Positions 6,304 to 16,300 of a stretch of 64,000 nt of DNA are shown one piece after another. Below the pieces are notes generated by a model, which worked only from the letters and a program-made list of their open reading frames with translations, ran no database searches and had not been told where the DNA came from. Within the stretch, counting starts at the first letter, position 1; each line of letters opens with the position of its first letter. Location of the stretch: sequence record ON529860.1. One strand, given 5' to 3'. A program made the position numbers and the translations under genes.

Positions 6304-6540
6304 TCAGCCGGCGCGGCGCTTGAGCGTCTCGTGCAGCGGCGGATAGGGGACCGGGGCGTAGATCACCTCGACCAGGCGAGGGCGGCGGCCGGTGCGGATT
6401 TTGGCAGGCAGGGGCACGTTGCGGCGCCGCAGTTCGGCGGCGGCGGCGGCGCTCGCCAGGGAGCCCGACAGGTAGACGCCGATCAGTTCGGCGACCGTCA
6501 GGGTCATCATGCGCTGGGCGCGGGTGGTGTTGTGAGCCAC
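6304..6540 (-). CDS. hypothetical protein
   Basis: GGAGA SD and GTG start. Confidence 0.6.
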   Translation of the reverse strand: MAHNTTRAQRMMTLTVAELIGVYLSGSLASAAAAAELRRRNVPLPAKIRTGRRPRLVEVIYAPVPYPPLHETLKRRAG

Positions 6541-6639
6541 GAGGGTCTCTCCATCTGGATGTGATCCAGGCGAGAGACACGGGCGCGCGCTAGGCGGCCG
6601 CGAAGGGTCTCCGTCCTGGAAGTTACCAGATGCGAGAGA

Positions 6640-6831
6640 TTAGTCGGAGGGCTTGGCCCCGAAGACCGAGGCGATCGCCGTCAAAGCCTTCTTGACCCGG
6701 TTGGGTCGTTGGGTCAGCGCCGAGGCGCAGACCTTCTTGATTTCGTCAAGGGTGAGCGAGGCCGGGTCACGCAGGCCGCGCGCGGCGATCGAGCCGACGC
6801 TGGCGGAGGTGACTTCGGTGGTGGTGCTCAT
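6640..6831 (-). CDS. hypothetical protein (63 aa)
   Basis: ORF immediately after tRNA-Asp; LTLDEIKKVCASALTQRP. Confidence 0.7.
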   Translation of the reverse strand: MSTTTEVTSASVGSIAARGLRDPASLTLDEIKKVCASALTQRPNRVKKALTAIASVFGAKPSD

Positions 6832-6841
6832 GGAAAACCTC

Positions 6842-6916
6842 TGGCGAGTCCAAGGGGAGTTGAACCCCTCTCTCCACCGTGACAGGGTGGTGTCCTAACC
6901 GATAGACGATGGACCC
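6842..6916 (-). tRNA. tRNA-Asp(GTC)
   Basis: CCACC-CTGTCAC-GGTGG arm, G73. Confidence 0.95.
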
Positions 6917-6947
6917 GTATCAGAGGGTCGATCCGCAGGAAGATGCT

Positions 6948-7025
6948 TGGAAGGGCGCCGGAGACTCGAACTCCGCTCACTTGGTTGAAAGCCAAGTATC
7001 CTGCAAACCGCTAGACGAGCGCCCC
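6948..7025 (-). tRNA. tRNA-Glu(TTC)
   Basis: CTTGG-CTTTCAA-CCAAG arm; U73. Confidence 0.9.
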
Positions 7026-7059
7026 ATAAAGCACAGGGCGTCGAACACGAGAGCCGCGA

Positions 7060-7125
7060 TTAGGCGGCGGTCGTATCTCGGCCCTGGAAGGCCTCTCGTT
7101 CGTAGCTGGTCAGACGGTAGGTCAT
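7060..7125 (-). CDS. putative leaderless 21-aa peptide MTYRLTSYEREAFQGRDTTAA
   Basis: ATG lies at the predicted +1 of the promoter at 7132-7160. Confidence 0.4.
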   Translation of the reverse strand: MTYRLTSYEREAFQGRDTTAA

Positions 7126-7131
7126 TTGTCG

Positions 7132-7160
7132 CTTGTATCAGAACTGTCGGTGGGTGTCAA
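7132..7160 (-). promoter_or_regulatory. sigma70-like promoter
   Basis: TTGACA-N17-TACAAG. Confidence 0.7.
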
Positions 7161-7336
7161 GAAGGACGGCGAATCTTTTTGGACCTTGCATGGGGTCGGT
7201 CTTCCTCGGCCTCAGGCTCGGCCGCGTCCCAGGCCATCCACAGGGCCGCGAGAAAAGCAGGCGGACCCATCAAGTCTTCCAACCGCTTCAAGGCCCGGTC
7301 GTTGGCCGCCAGGAAGGCGTCGCCGTATTCAAGCAT
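7157..7336 (-). CDS. hypothetical protein (59 aa, below the track cutoff)
   Basis: GAGG SD; MLEYGDAFLAANDRALKRLEDL...IRRPS. Confidence 0.6.
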   Translation of the reverse strand: MLEYGDAFLAANDRALKRLEDLMGPPAFLAALWMAWDAAEPEAEEDRPHARSKKIRRPS

Positions 7337-7616
7337 CGTGACCTCGGGAGATTTCAGGGGGCCGGCTTTGGCGCGCGGCGTTTAACCGCCGGCGCCTAGA
7401 CGGAGGCAGCGTGCCAGCCCTGCTCGACTGGCCCAGCCCCCTCAAGGCGATGAGTGCCAGGAAAGGCGGCAATGGTCAAGGGGAAATGCGGTGGGTACAG
7501 CTTCAACCGGCCTTGCGGCCTGCGGGTCTTTCGGGCGTCCTGCCCACCGCGCCTACTACGACGCCTTTTTCGGCCCCGGCGCGCCGGAGAGTAAAAATCG
7601 ACGGGTGACCGCTACC

Positions 7617-7772
7617 GGCCTCGCCTGCTGGCCCGTCCCAGCGCCTGACCTTCTCTTCGCGACGCCCTTGTGGGCGTTATGGCCTTCCCGTCCGAAGACA
7701 GACGCCGTGAAGGGTCAGCGGGACCGCATGATCGTCAGCCGCACGGCCAGCGCGGCGAGCGGATCAGAGGCC
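7617..7772 (-). ncRNA. candidate ~156-nt nested-stem RNA
   Basis: Nested pairs CTCGCC/GGCGAG, GCTGGCC/GGCCAGC, GTCCC/GGGAC, CTGACC/GGTCAG; apical cUUCGg hairpin. Confidence 0.45.
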
Positions 7773-7786
7773 TGTCCCGGAAAGAA

Positions 7787-7860
7787 TGGAGCGACTGGTC
7801 GGAATCGAACCGACGTCCCCAGGGTGGAAACCTAGTGCTAAGCCTCTCAGCTACAGCCGC
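7787..7860 (-). tRNA. tRNA-Gly(TCC)
   Basis: TT-TCC-AC loop, U73. Confidence 0.93.
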
Positions 7861-7874
7861 AGTATAAAAGAGGG

Positions 7875-7950
7875 TGGAGCGACTCTCGGGACTCGAACCC
7901 GACCCTGCGCGTTGGCAACGCGTTGTACCCACCCATAATACGTGAGTCGC
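7875..7950 (-). tRNA. tRNA-Gly(GCC)
   Basis: TT-GCC-AA loop, U73. Confidence 0.92.
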
Positions 7951-7963
7951 AGTGGTTAATAAA

Positions 7964-8045
7964 TGGCACGGGTGGAGGGATTCGAACCCCCGACGTATGC
8001 TGGTTTTGGAGACCAGTGCCTTGAGCCAGACTTGGCGACACCCGT
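7964..8045 (-). tRNA. tRNA-Trp(CCA)
   Basis: CTGGT-CTCCAAA-ACCAG arm, G73. Confidence 0.92.
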
Positions 8046-8058
8046 GTAAACTTGAAAG

Positions 8059-8583
8059 CTACTTATAACGCTCTTGAATGAACTTGACAACCCGCTGCGG
8101 CGTACTTTCGTCGGCGGTGGTGCGAAAATCGATCCGATCCCCCAGCAGGGCCAGCAGCTTCTGATCCACCTCCAGGGCTTCCGCCTCGTTGTGGTGGCGG
8201 CCGTAGGTCTGATAGGCGGACGCCGGGCGATCGAGCCAGACGTTGACGTTCTCGTAGGAATCGAAAAGGTCGAAGACCTCCTGATGGAACTCCGGCTGGG
8301 CGTAGTCGCCCTGGCCGTAGACGCAGCCCAACAGCAGGGGACTGTCGGTCAAAATCCAATCGACGTGACCGAGGAACCGTTTCAGCCGGGACGCCTGTTT
8401 CCAGGTGACGCGGCGCTGATCGGCCAAGGTCGCCCAGTCCTGACTGACGGAGCGCTCGGTGGCGTACTCCTCGACCTGGGCGGCGCGGTATCCGCCGATC
8501 TTCAGGTGAAAGAAGGTCCCGGCCTTGACCGTCGACTTACCGCCGCACGGGCCAGACCAGAAGTTCAGGACACGCGTCGTCAT
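8059..8583 (-). CDS. NadR/Ttd14-like P-loop (AAA_28) ATPase/kinase
   Basis: SGPCGGKST Walker A variant, EEYATE, ILTDSPLLL, GR...E.EA...D. Confidence 0.8.
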   Translation of the reverse strand: MTTRVLNFWSGPCGGKSTVKAGTFFHLKIGGYRAAQVEEYATERSVSQDWATLADQRRVTWKQASRLKRFLGHVDWILTDSPLLLGCVYGQGDYAQPEFHQEVFDLFDSYENVNVWLDRPASAYQTYGRHHNEAEALEVDQKLLALLGDRIDFRTTADESTPQRVVKFIQERYK

Positions 8584-8651
8584 GCAGCAAACGGACTTTC
8601 AACCGGCTGAAGGGATTCAGATTGTGGGGGTGGCGCATTGCGCCGGCAGGT

Positions 8652-8951
8652 TTAGCTGCGCCAGCTTCCGTCGGCGTCGTCAACGACGTCCGGGGCATCC
8701 AGATCGGCTTCGACCGTCCGGCGCTGTCGACCTCGACCTCGTCCGCGCGGCGCCTCTTGGGCGTCTTCGGGCTCAGCCTGCACGATCAGGGCCTCGACGG
8801 CATCGACGACGATCTCAACCGGAGGGGCGACTTCGACACGGGTCCAGGGCGTGCGCGACCATCCGTGCTGAAGCACGAGGGAGCCGGCCTTCGCCGAGGG
8901 AACGTCGAAGGGCTCGCAAGTTTCCGGATGATAAACGCGCTCGGTAGCCAT
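8652..8951 (-). CDS. hypothetical protein, N-terminus similar to 25398..25946
   Basis: VYHPETCEPFDV...A..LV...GWS resembles IYDSNGNPERHT..NARDLV...GYS; promoter TTGACA-N17-TAAGGT at 8960-8988. Confidence 0.7.
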   Translation of the reverse strand: MATERVYHPETCEPFDVPSAKAGSLVLQHGWSRTPWTRVEVAPPVEIVVDAVEALIVQAEPEDAQEAPRGRGRGRQRRTVEADLDAPDVVDDADGSWRS

Positions 8952-9000
8952 AAGGAGGGACCTTATACGAACTCTGCGCGATTGTCAATTATTACGGCAG

Positions 9001-9786
9001 TCAGTCGAGCGCCCAGTTGAACCACACCGCCTTTTTCTCGCCCGGCGCCTCAGCGTATTCGGGCTCCAGCGGCGTGACGAAGTCGTTGAGGAAGACGCCG
9101 TTCAAGAAGTCGCCGGTTGCGCGGTGGCCGTGAATGAAGCGCGGCTCCCCGCCGGCGCCATAGGCGTCAAACCCCTGGCCGAGTCGCCAGCCGTTGATAC
9201 GGCGAACCGTCCGCGCCTCCTGGGTCCACAGGTAAGCGCGATAGGCCCCGCGCCGCAGGCGCGTGTTGAGCGCGAGCCGCAGCATGACGCCGTTAAGCGG
9301 GGCCTCCTCGATATGCGAGAAGACGAGATGGTCGGCGGAATCGTAGAGACCGATCCGCACGGCGCCTGCGCCCGCGCTCAGCCATACCCCCGCCTCGGTC
9401 AGCCGAATCGTGTCCGAGGCGACGTGGAAGGTCTCGAACAGGATCGTCTCGGCCGGCAAGTCGGCTTCTTCCGGTGCGCCATCGAACGCCAGTCCCGGCA
9501 CCGCAAATCCCCCAGGAGGAGCGTCCACCGCCACGACCCCATCGACGACAGCCAGGGGCGCCAGGTCGGGGTCCCAGGTCAGGACGCCGGCTTTGCGCGA
9601 CAGCGGCGCGCCTTGCGGCCCCGTCGCGGGGGCCACGCCGGAGGCGGCTGACGGCAGATGGATGGATTCAGGACGGCCGTCGACGCGCAGGTGCAGCCTG
9701 CGGTCCGCCGTATTGTGCCCGACCTGCCCCGGCAGCAGGTGAGGTCGGGCGTTCGGCGTGGCCGAGTGTTTGTTCTGGATCGCCAT
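9001..9786 (-). CDS. putative virion fibre-associated protein
   Basis: C-terminal beta domain (AGAGAVRIGLYD...LRRGAY) similar to the end of the 3019-aa protein. Confidence 0.7.
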   Translation of the reverse strand: MAIQNKHSATPNARPHLLPGQVGHNTADRRLHLRVDGRPESIHLPSAASGVAPATGPQGAPLSRKAGVLTWDPDLAPLAVVDGVVAVDAPPGGFAVPGLAFDGAPEEADLPAETILFETFHVASDTIRLTEAGVWLSAGAGAVRIGLYDSADHLVFSHIEEAPLNGVMLRLALNTRLRRGAYRAYLWTQEARTVRRINGWRLGQGFDAYGAGGEPRFIHGHRATGDFLNGVFLNDFVTPLEPEYAEAPGEKKAVWFNWALD

Positions 9787-10397
9787 CAGAGGAACCGCAG
9801 GGAAACAACGTGGTGTTGAGGAATGGACGACCAGGGCGACATGGTCTGGACATGCTCCACAATCAGGTTCGACGTCGTGGGCGTCGTCTCGATCGTATAA
9901 TGCCCCGGCTCCAGCCAGCGGTCGAAACCTGGCTCCAGGGTCATGGCGCCGTTGATCGCGAAGTCGTGCGTTTCGAGCAGGAGCCCTTTCACATCGAACA
10001 GACGCGCAGTGAGCGTGCCCGTGCCGCCGTTGCTGCGCAGCCGCATCGCGATCAGTCGAGCCGGCTCGGCCAGAGCGATCGTCGTCGTGCGGACAATGCC
10101 GCCGAAGGGCAGGAAGCCGACCGCCACCGGCGCGCAGCCCGGCAGCACCCAGACCTTGCGGTCCATGGGACGCCCGCCGCCGCCTGCCTGAAGCGGGCCA
10201 TGCTCGACGCCTTCGGGCGTCATCAGGCGGACGTCGTCGCCCCCCAGGGCGCGTTCCGGCAGAAGCGGCACGCTCATGTCAAAGGAGTCCTGACCGACGC
10301 CCAGGATGCGCGCTTCTCGGTCAATCGTCAGTTCGCCCGGCGCGCGAGGCTCGACCGGGCTCACCTCGAACGGCGTGAGGTAGATGGTATCAGGCAT
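9786..10397 (-). CDS. putative virion fibre-associated protein
   Basis: TGATG coupling to the giant gene; related beta domain (GGTGTLTARLFD...LEPGHY). Confidence 0.7.
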   Translation of the reverse strand: MPDTIYLTPFEVSPVEPRAPGELTIDREARILGVGQDSFDMSVPLLPERALGGDDVRLMTPEGVEHGPLQAGGGGRPMDRKVWVLPGCAPVAVGFLPFGGIVRTTTIALAEPARLIAMRLRSNGGTGTLTARLFDVKGLLLETHDFAINGAMTLEPGFDRWLEPGHYTIETTPTTSNLIVEHVQTMSPWSSIPQHHVVSLRFL

Positions 10398-13300
10398 CAG
10401 GCGGTCGCCCACACATAGGCCAGAGCCGACGCCTCGCGGGAGGTCGGCGTCGGCGCGTCCAACAAGGAGCCCGTATCGGGCGCGGCGGGATCACCCACCA
10501 TCGTCATATCAGCGGCGAAGGCCGTCGGGCCGCGTCGGGCCGACAGCGTGGGAGCGGCGCCGGTGACGGCGATCATGGCGGCGTGCCACCCTGCTTCCAG
10601 CACCACGTCCTGGTCCACGGACTTCGGTCCGGTAGGTCCGGAGGCCGACACCTGCACGCTCACGGCGACATCGCCGGGCATTTGAAGCGCCTGGTCCCAA
10701 CGACAGACGCCGAACCGGATCGTGCCGGCCGACGCCGCAGTGATCGTGACGCCGAAACGGGTGAACCGGGTCGTGCGCGGCAGGAAGAACGGACGATAGA
10801 CCACCTTGCCGACGGGCGGCTGGTTGGCCGAAGCGTCCATGCCGAAGTCGGTCAGATAGCGATCGCCCACGCGCGCTGGCAACAGCACCGGCGCATCGTA
10901 GACGGGGTCCGGCGCGCGCCAGGTTCCGTCCGCATAGAGGATGTCCCCAGGCTCGCCGCCCTCGGGAGCCACGCCGCCCAACGCGATACGGCCCAGGGGC
11001 CGCGCCTGCATGACGCCGTAACCGTCGGTCGCGAAGAGGAGACCATCCGTCTCGTTCAGCGCAATTTCCAGCGGCTCAAGCGCGATGGGGACATTGCCGC
11101 GCACCAGGGTGCGTTTGTAGCGGATGACCACGCCGCCCGACCCCGAGACGTGCACCCCGTCGCCATCTTCGACATAGCCTTCGACCGGTTGGAGATAGAC
11201 CGTCGGCAAGGGCGCCGACGCCGAGGTTCCGCCCGCGCCTTCCGATTCCGGCGGAGAGACGAGGATGACGGAATCACTCAGGTCGCCGTCGACGACCGCC
11301 GCCGTCAGTTCGGCGGCGAAACCGCGCGGCGGCGTCACGTAGATGCGGTCGAAGTAGTTGATGCGGACGGTGGCGCTGCGGCTGAACGAGGCCAGCGGCG
11401 TGCCGACCAGGATCAGGCCGAGGTCGCGAGACACGCTCGCGGTCACTTCGACCAGGGGGTCTCCGTTCATGCCGACCGCGATCGTGACGAGAGGACCGCC
11501 CTGAGGCCCCGCACTGACGATGGCGTTGGCCGCGCCCGTCGCTCCGCCCGTGGCGAAGGCGATCGTGATGTCGTTCTCGAACGGCTCGGTGGTGTAAGGA
11601 ATGGGCAGTTCGCCCAACCCTGCCAGCGGCACGATCTGAACCGGCGCGCCGAAATCGCCGTCGGCCGTTTCATCGGGACCGCTCAGGTCGCCCTGGGGCG
11701 CCTGGAGCGTGACCACGCCCAGGAACTGACCCGGCTGCGGAGCCCAACCGGCATTGCCCTCGGCGGAGCCTTCAGGCGCCGTCAGCGGGATGACGCTGTC
11801 GATCTCACCGATCCACATGTCGGCGACGCCCATCTCGCCCTCGATCTCGGAGAGAGCGATCACCAGAGGGTCGAACATCTCGAAGCCGTTGCCGAGAATG
11901 TAGTTCATCGGCTGGAGCGTGACCGTCAGGGTCTGGTCCAGTTTGAGATCGACGCCGGCCTCCAGGCCCACGGACGGCGGGAAGGGATAGGCGAGGTCCT
12001 CGCCGATCCCCGTCACCACCAGGGCGTCGTTCTGAGGCTGACCGCCCAGATCACCCGAGACGTAGATGGTCGGCAAATAGGCGCCGATGCCGCCTGCGGC
12101 CTTGGCCTGCGGGTCCATCATCAGGATGGATTCGCCCAGGTCACCCGAACCTTGAGCGCCCATGGCGATGGCGCCGACCGGCGGAACGACGGTGACAACC
12201 GGCAAGGAACCGACCGCGTCTCCGGCTTTCGATCCCTCGCCCGATCCCGACGCCGAGGTCACCAGAACCGTGCCGATCTGCGTGACGTTGAACGTCACCG
12301 GGATGGACAGTTCACCCTCGAACACCGACAGAGCGGCCAGGCCAGGCCCGCCCGCCATGCCGGGCACGATGGCGAAGTTGGGCACCCCGCCCAGGCCGAC
12401 GCCGGACTGATACACCGGATTGGTGGTCCCAGCAGGCGTGCCCGTCGCGGACGTCTCCGTGACCCCCTCCAGGAGGAGGTCGCCCAGGAAGCCGGAGCCG
12501 CCGCCGGCTGATCCCGACGTCGATCCGCTGTTGAGCGCGCCGCCGCCGCCGCCGTAGTAGCCGCCGCCGCCGCCTGCGCCGGTCGCACCCACGCCGCTCG
12601 CGCCCACGACGCTTTCGCTGCCGTCGATCTGGAACCCGTCGCCGCCGCGAAGATAGGCTCCGTTGCCGTTGCCGCTGGTGTTCGACGCGCCTACGCCGCC
12701 CGCTGACTGCGTGCCGCCCGTGCCCATGCCTTGCGCCGTTCCGACGCCGTTGCCGCCGGACAGACCGCCACCGAACCCGCCGCGACGGGCCGCCGTCGCC
12801 GCCCCCGCGCCGCCTCCGCCGACGACCGCCACCAAGACGCCATTACGCCAGACGCGGGTCGAGCCGCCGCCCGCACCGCCGCCGTAGGTTCCCGGTCCGC
12901 CGCCGCCGCCGTCGGGCCAACCGCCCAGGCTGCCCGTGAAGTTGCCCGGCGAAGAGCCGCCTTGGCCCACTTCAATGCGAATGAGGTCGCCCGGCTGGAA
13001 CATGACGACGCCGGTCAAGTGACCGCCCGCGCCGCCGATCGAGTCCTGGGCGATCGTGTTGGTGTAAAGCTGCGAGCCTGCGCCGCCGCCGCCCCACAGG
13101 TTCAGATTGACGCCGCCGCTGAAGGTGGTGATGAAATCTCGGGGACCATAAACGTCGCCCAGCAGCGAGAGCGCGCCTTCCGGCAACGGCGCGATCGACG
13201 CGCCGGGCGTAAAGTCGAGAACCGCCCGGCCGTCGCCGCCGGGAAGGATCGCCGCCTTCGTCGCCTGGACGCCGCCCACGCCCACGCCCGCCGCATAATC

Positions 13301-16300
13301 CGCGTCGCCCGTCGCCGGGGGATTGGCCCCGACACCGCCCGCGAGGCGGTAGTTGAGCGCCAAGGGGCCGCCGTAGCTGGAACCGCCGCCGGCGCCCCCG
13401 GCTGAGGTCGCCGCCAGATTGGTGCCAGCGGCTCCGCCGTAATAGCCGCCGCCGCCGCCCGGACCCGCGTTAAGGCCTGCGGCCGTATCAGGGGTCGACC
13501 CATCCGGATAGCCCTGCCCGCCCGACAGATATGCGCCGGACGAAATCGAGCCCACCGCCCGCCCGCGCAGAAGCCCGCCACGATAATCTCGGCCGCCGTT
13601 GCCGACGGTGGTCGCCGGACCCGCGCCGGGAAGGCCGATACGACCGCCGGCCGCACCGCCGTCGCCCGGCACAGCAGCCGAATACCAGCTATTGGCTCCG
13701 CCGCCGCCGCCTGCGACGAGTTGCAGCACGCCGTTGATCCAGACCCGCGAGGAGCCGCCGCCCGAGCCCGCCAGGCTGGTGCCGGCGGCTTCATACTTGC
13801 CGCCCCGTCCGCCGTCGGGCCAGCCGCCAAGGCCAGAGACCGTATCCGTGGGCGCCGGGACGCCGCCGCCCGAGGCGACATCCACACGGACCACGTCGCC
13901 CGGCTTGACCAGGAACTCCGCGAGGCTGAAGGCGCCCGCACCGGCGACCGAGGGCGTGGTCACCGAGGGGCGAACGGCGGCGGAGCCGCCAGCGCCCCAC
14001 AGCTTGACCTTGAGGAGACCGGCGGTGGTGACGTTGAACAGGCGTTCAGAACGGTTCGAACCATACGCGGTCTTGCCGGTCGGCAGATCGACCGGAACCA
14101 GGTAGTTGAGGATCGCGAGACCGTCGCCGCCAGGCGCGGGGTTCTGCGCCAGCGTGGACGTTCCGGCGGAGCCCTGGGCCGTGCCCAGCACGAAGCCCGG
14201 CACGGCGGTTCCGCCCAGGCCGACGACGCTTTCGCCGTTGGCGGGCGTCAGGTGAGAGCCGCCCCCAGCCGAGCCGGCGGCCGTCGCCGCATTCAAGGAG
14301 GAGCCGCCGCCGCCGCCGTAGTAGCCGCCGCCGCCGCCCGGACCCATGCCCAGGCCGATGCCGTTAGAGCCGAGGCTGTATCGGGCGTTGCCGACGCCGA
14401 AGCCGTTGCCGCCCCGGAGGCTGGAGCCTGCGTAGGTGGTGTCGGTCGGATAACCCGTGTTGACGCCGCCGGAGACCTGAGTGCCGCCGGTTCCGGGCTT
14501 CAGATTGGCGTTGCTCGCCGGTCCGCCGTCCGCGCCGCCGCCGGCGCCGCCAGCCACTGCGACACTGGAGCCGCCGCCACCGCCGCCACCGCCGCCGGCC
14601 ACCATGACCAGGACGTCGTTCTTGTAAAGCCGCGTGGAGCCGCCGCCGCCGCCGTAACCCGTCAGGGCGGAGATGCGCGCGCCGTCGCCGCCGTCGGGCC
14701 AACCGCCTTGACCGCCGCCCGCCGTCGCGAAGGGACGACCGCCTTGTCCGACTTCAACCCGCAGCGTGTCGCCGGGCACGACTTCAATGGCGGCGCGCGT
14801 GTAGCCTCCGTCGCCGCCAGGGCGGAAGGTGCCGACCGTCGCGCCGGAGCCGGCGCCGCCCCACAGGTTGACGTTGACCGTCCCCTTCTGGGAGATGGTG
14901 ATGGTCCGGGCCGTCGCCGTGTGGCCGAAGACGTTGTTGCCCAGAACCAGGGTCGTCGGCTGGAGCGGGATCGCCGCCGGGGTCTCATCAAAGCGGATGA
15001 AGACCTGACCATCGCCGCCCTCAGTCACCCAGGGCTGGGTCAGCGTCGCCGATGCGCTGGCCGGACGCGCAACGCCCGAGACGTATTCCGGCAGGTCCGC
15101 GCTGGGAGGGGTGAACCCGCTGCCGGCCGCATTGGTGCCGTTGAGCGGGGTCAGCGACGAGCCGCCGCCCGCACCGCCCGCACCCGTGACGGCGCCTGCG
15201 ACCGTGTCGCAGCCGCCGGCTCCGCCGTAATAGCCGCCGCCGCCGCCGGGGCCGGTGCCCTCGCCGACCGAAGCGTTGGAGCCCCCGACCGGATAGCCGT
15301 GACCGCCCTTCAGGTAGTCGCCGGCGTAGGAGGCGTCCGTCGTGTAAAGCTTGTTGACGCCGCCCGCCGTCTGCGTGCCGCCGCCACCGACGGCGAAGTT
15401 GGCGTTGGAGGCCGGAGCACCATCCTGACCCGTCTCGCCGCCGCCTGCGCCGCCCTGGGCCGTATTGATGCCCGCGCCGCCCGCACCGCCGCCGGCGGCG
15501 ACCGCCAGCAGACTGCTGTTGAGATAGACGCGGGTCGAGCCGCCGCCGCCGCCCCAACCGATCGCCGCCGAGCCCATGCCGCCGTTGCCGCCGTCGGGCC
15601 AGCCGCCCAGGCCGCCGGTCGTTGCCGTGGGGCCTCGACCGCCCTGCGCCACCTGGAAGCTGAGCGTGTCGCCGGGCACGACGTCGCGCGTGAACGAGAC
15701 CATGCCGGCCGCGCCGCCGTTGGCGAGCGTTCCCGTGCCCGCGACGCCGCCGGCGCCGCCGCCCCAGGCGCGGACCGTCACCTTGCCAGGCTTGGTGGCG
15801 ACCCAGGTCTGATTGACGGCACCGGCGTAAAGCAGGGTCCGTTCGGGCGCGACCGTTTGTTGGGCGACCAGAGCCAGGACCGCAAGACCATTGCCGCCGT
15901 GCGTCGTCGACGAGAGGTTGGACGTGCCGTTGCCGCTGGCCGCGACGCCGGCGACGTAGTCGGGGTCCGAAGCGTTCGGAACGCCGTTGGAGCCGGTGTT
16001 GTTCGCGCCGCCGGCCTCGGTTCCACCGGTCTTGCCGTTGTTCCAGCGTCGCGTGTAGCCGTCGTAGCCCGCATGGATGTAACTGGAGCCGCCGCCGGAG
16101 CCCGCGCCCGATCCACCCGAACCGCCGCCATAGTAACCGCCGCCGCCGCCGCCGCCGTTGCGCGTGTCCGCCGTGGTCCGGTTTTGCCCGACGCCGTATC
16201 CGTGACCGCCGCGCAGCAGGCCGCCCGTCGCGGCCGCATCACCGTAGCGACCGACCGCATAGCCGCCCGCCGCCTGGGTGCCGCCCGCGCCGTAGTTGCT

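Noticed and set aside
7488-7550. GCGGTGGG/CCCACCGC-closed junction as a hammerhead-like ribozyme
   Set aside because: No CTGATGA core, and one inner arm does not pair on the transcribed strand.
3314-8041. Track ORFs overlapping tRNA genes (e.g. 3956..4165, 4165..4500, 4657..5172, 6909..7385, 7735..7932)
   Set aside because: Coincidental frames through structured RNA genes.
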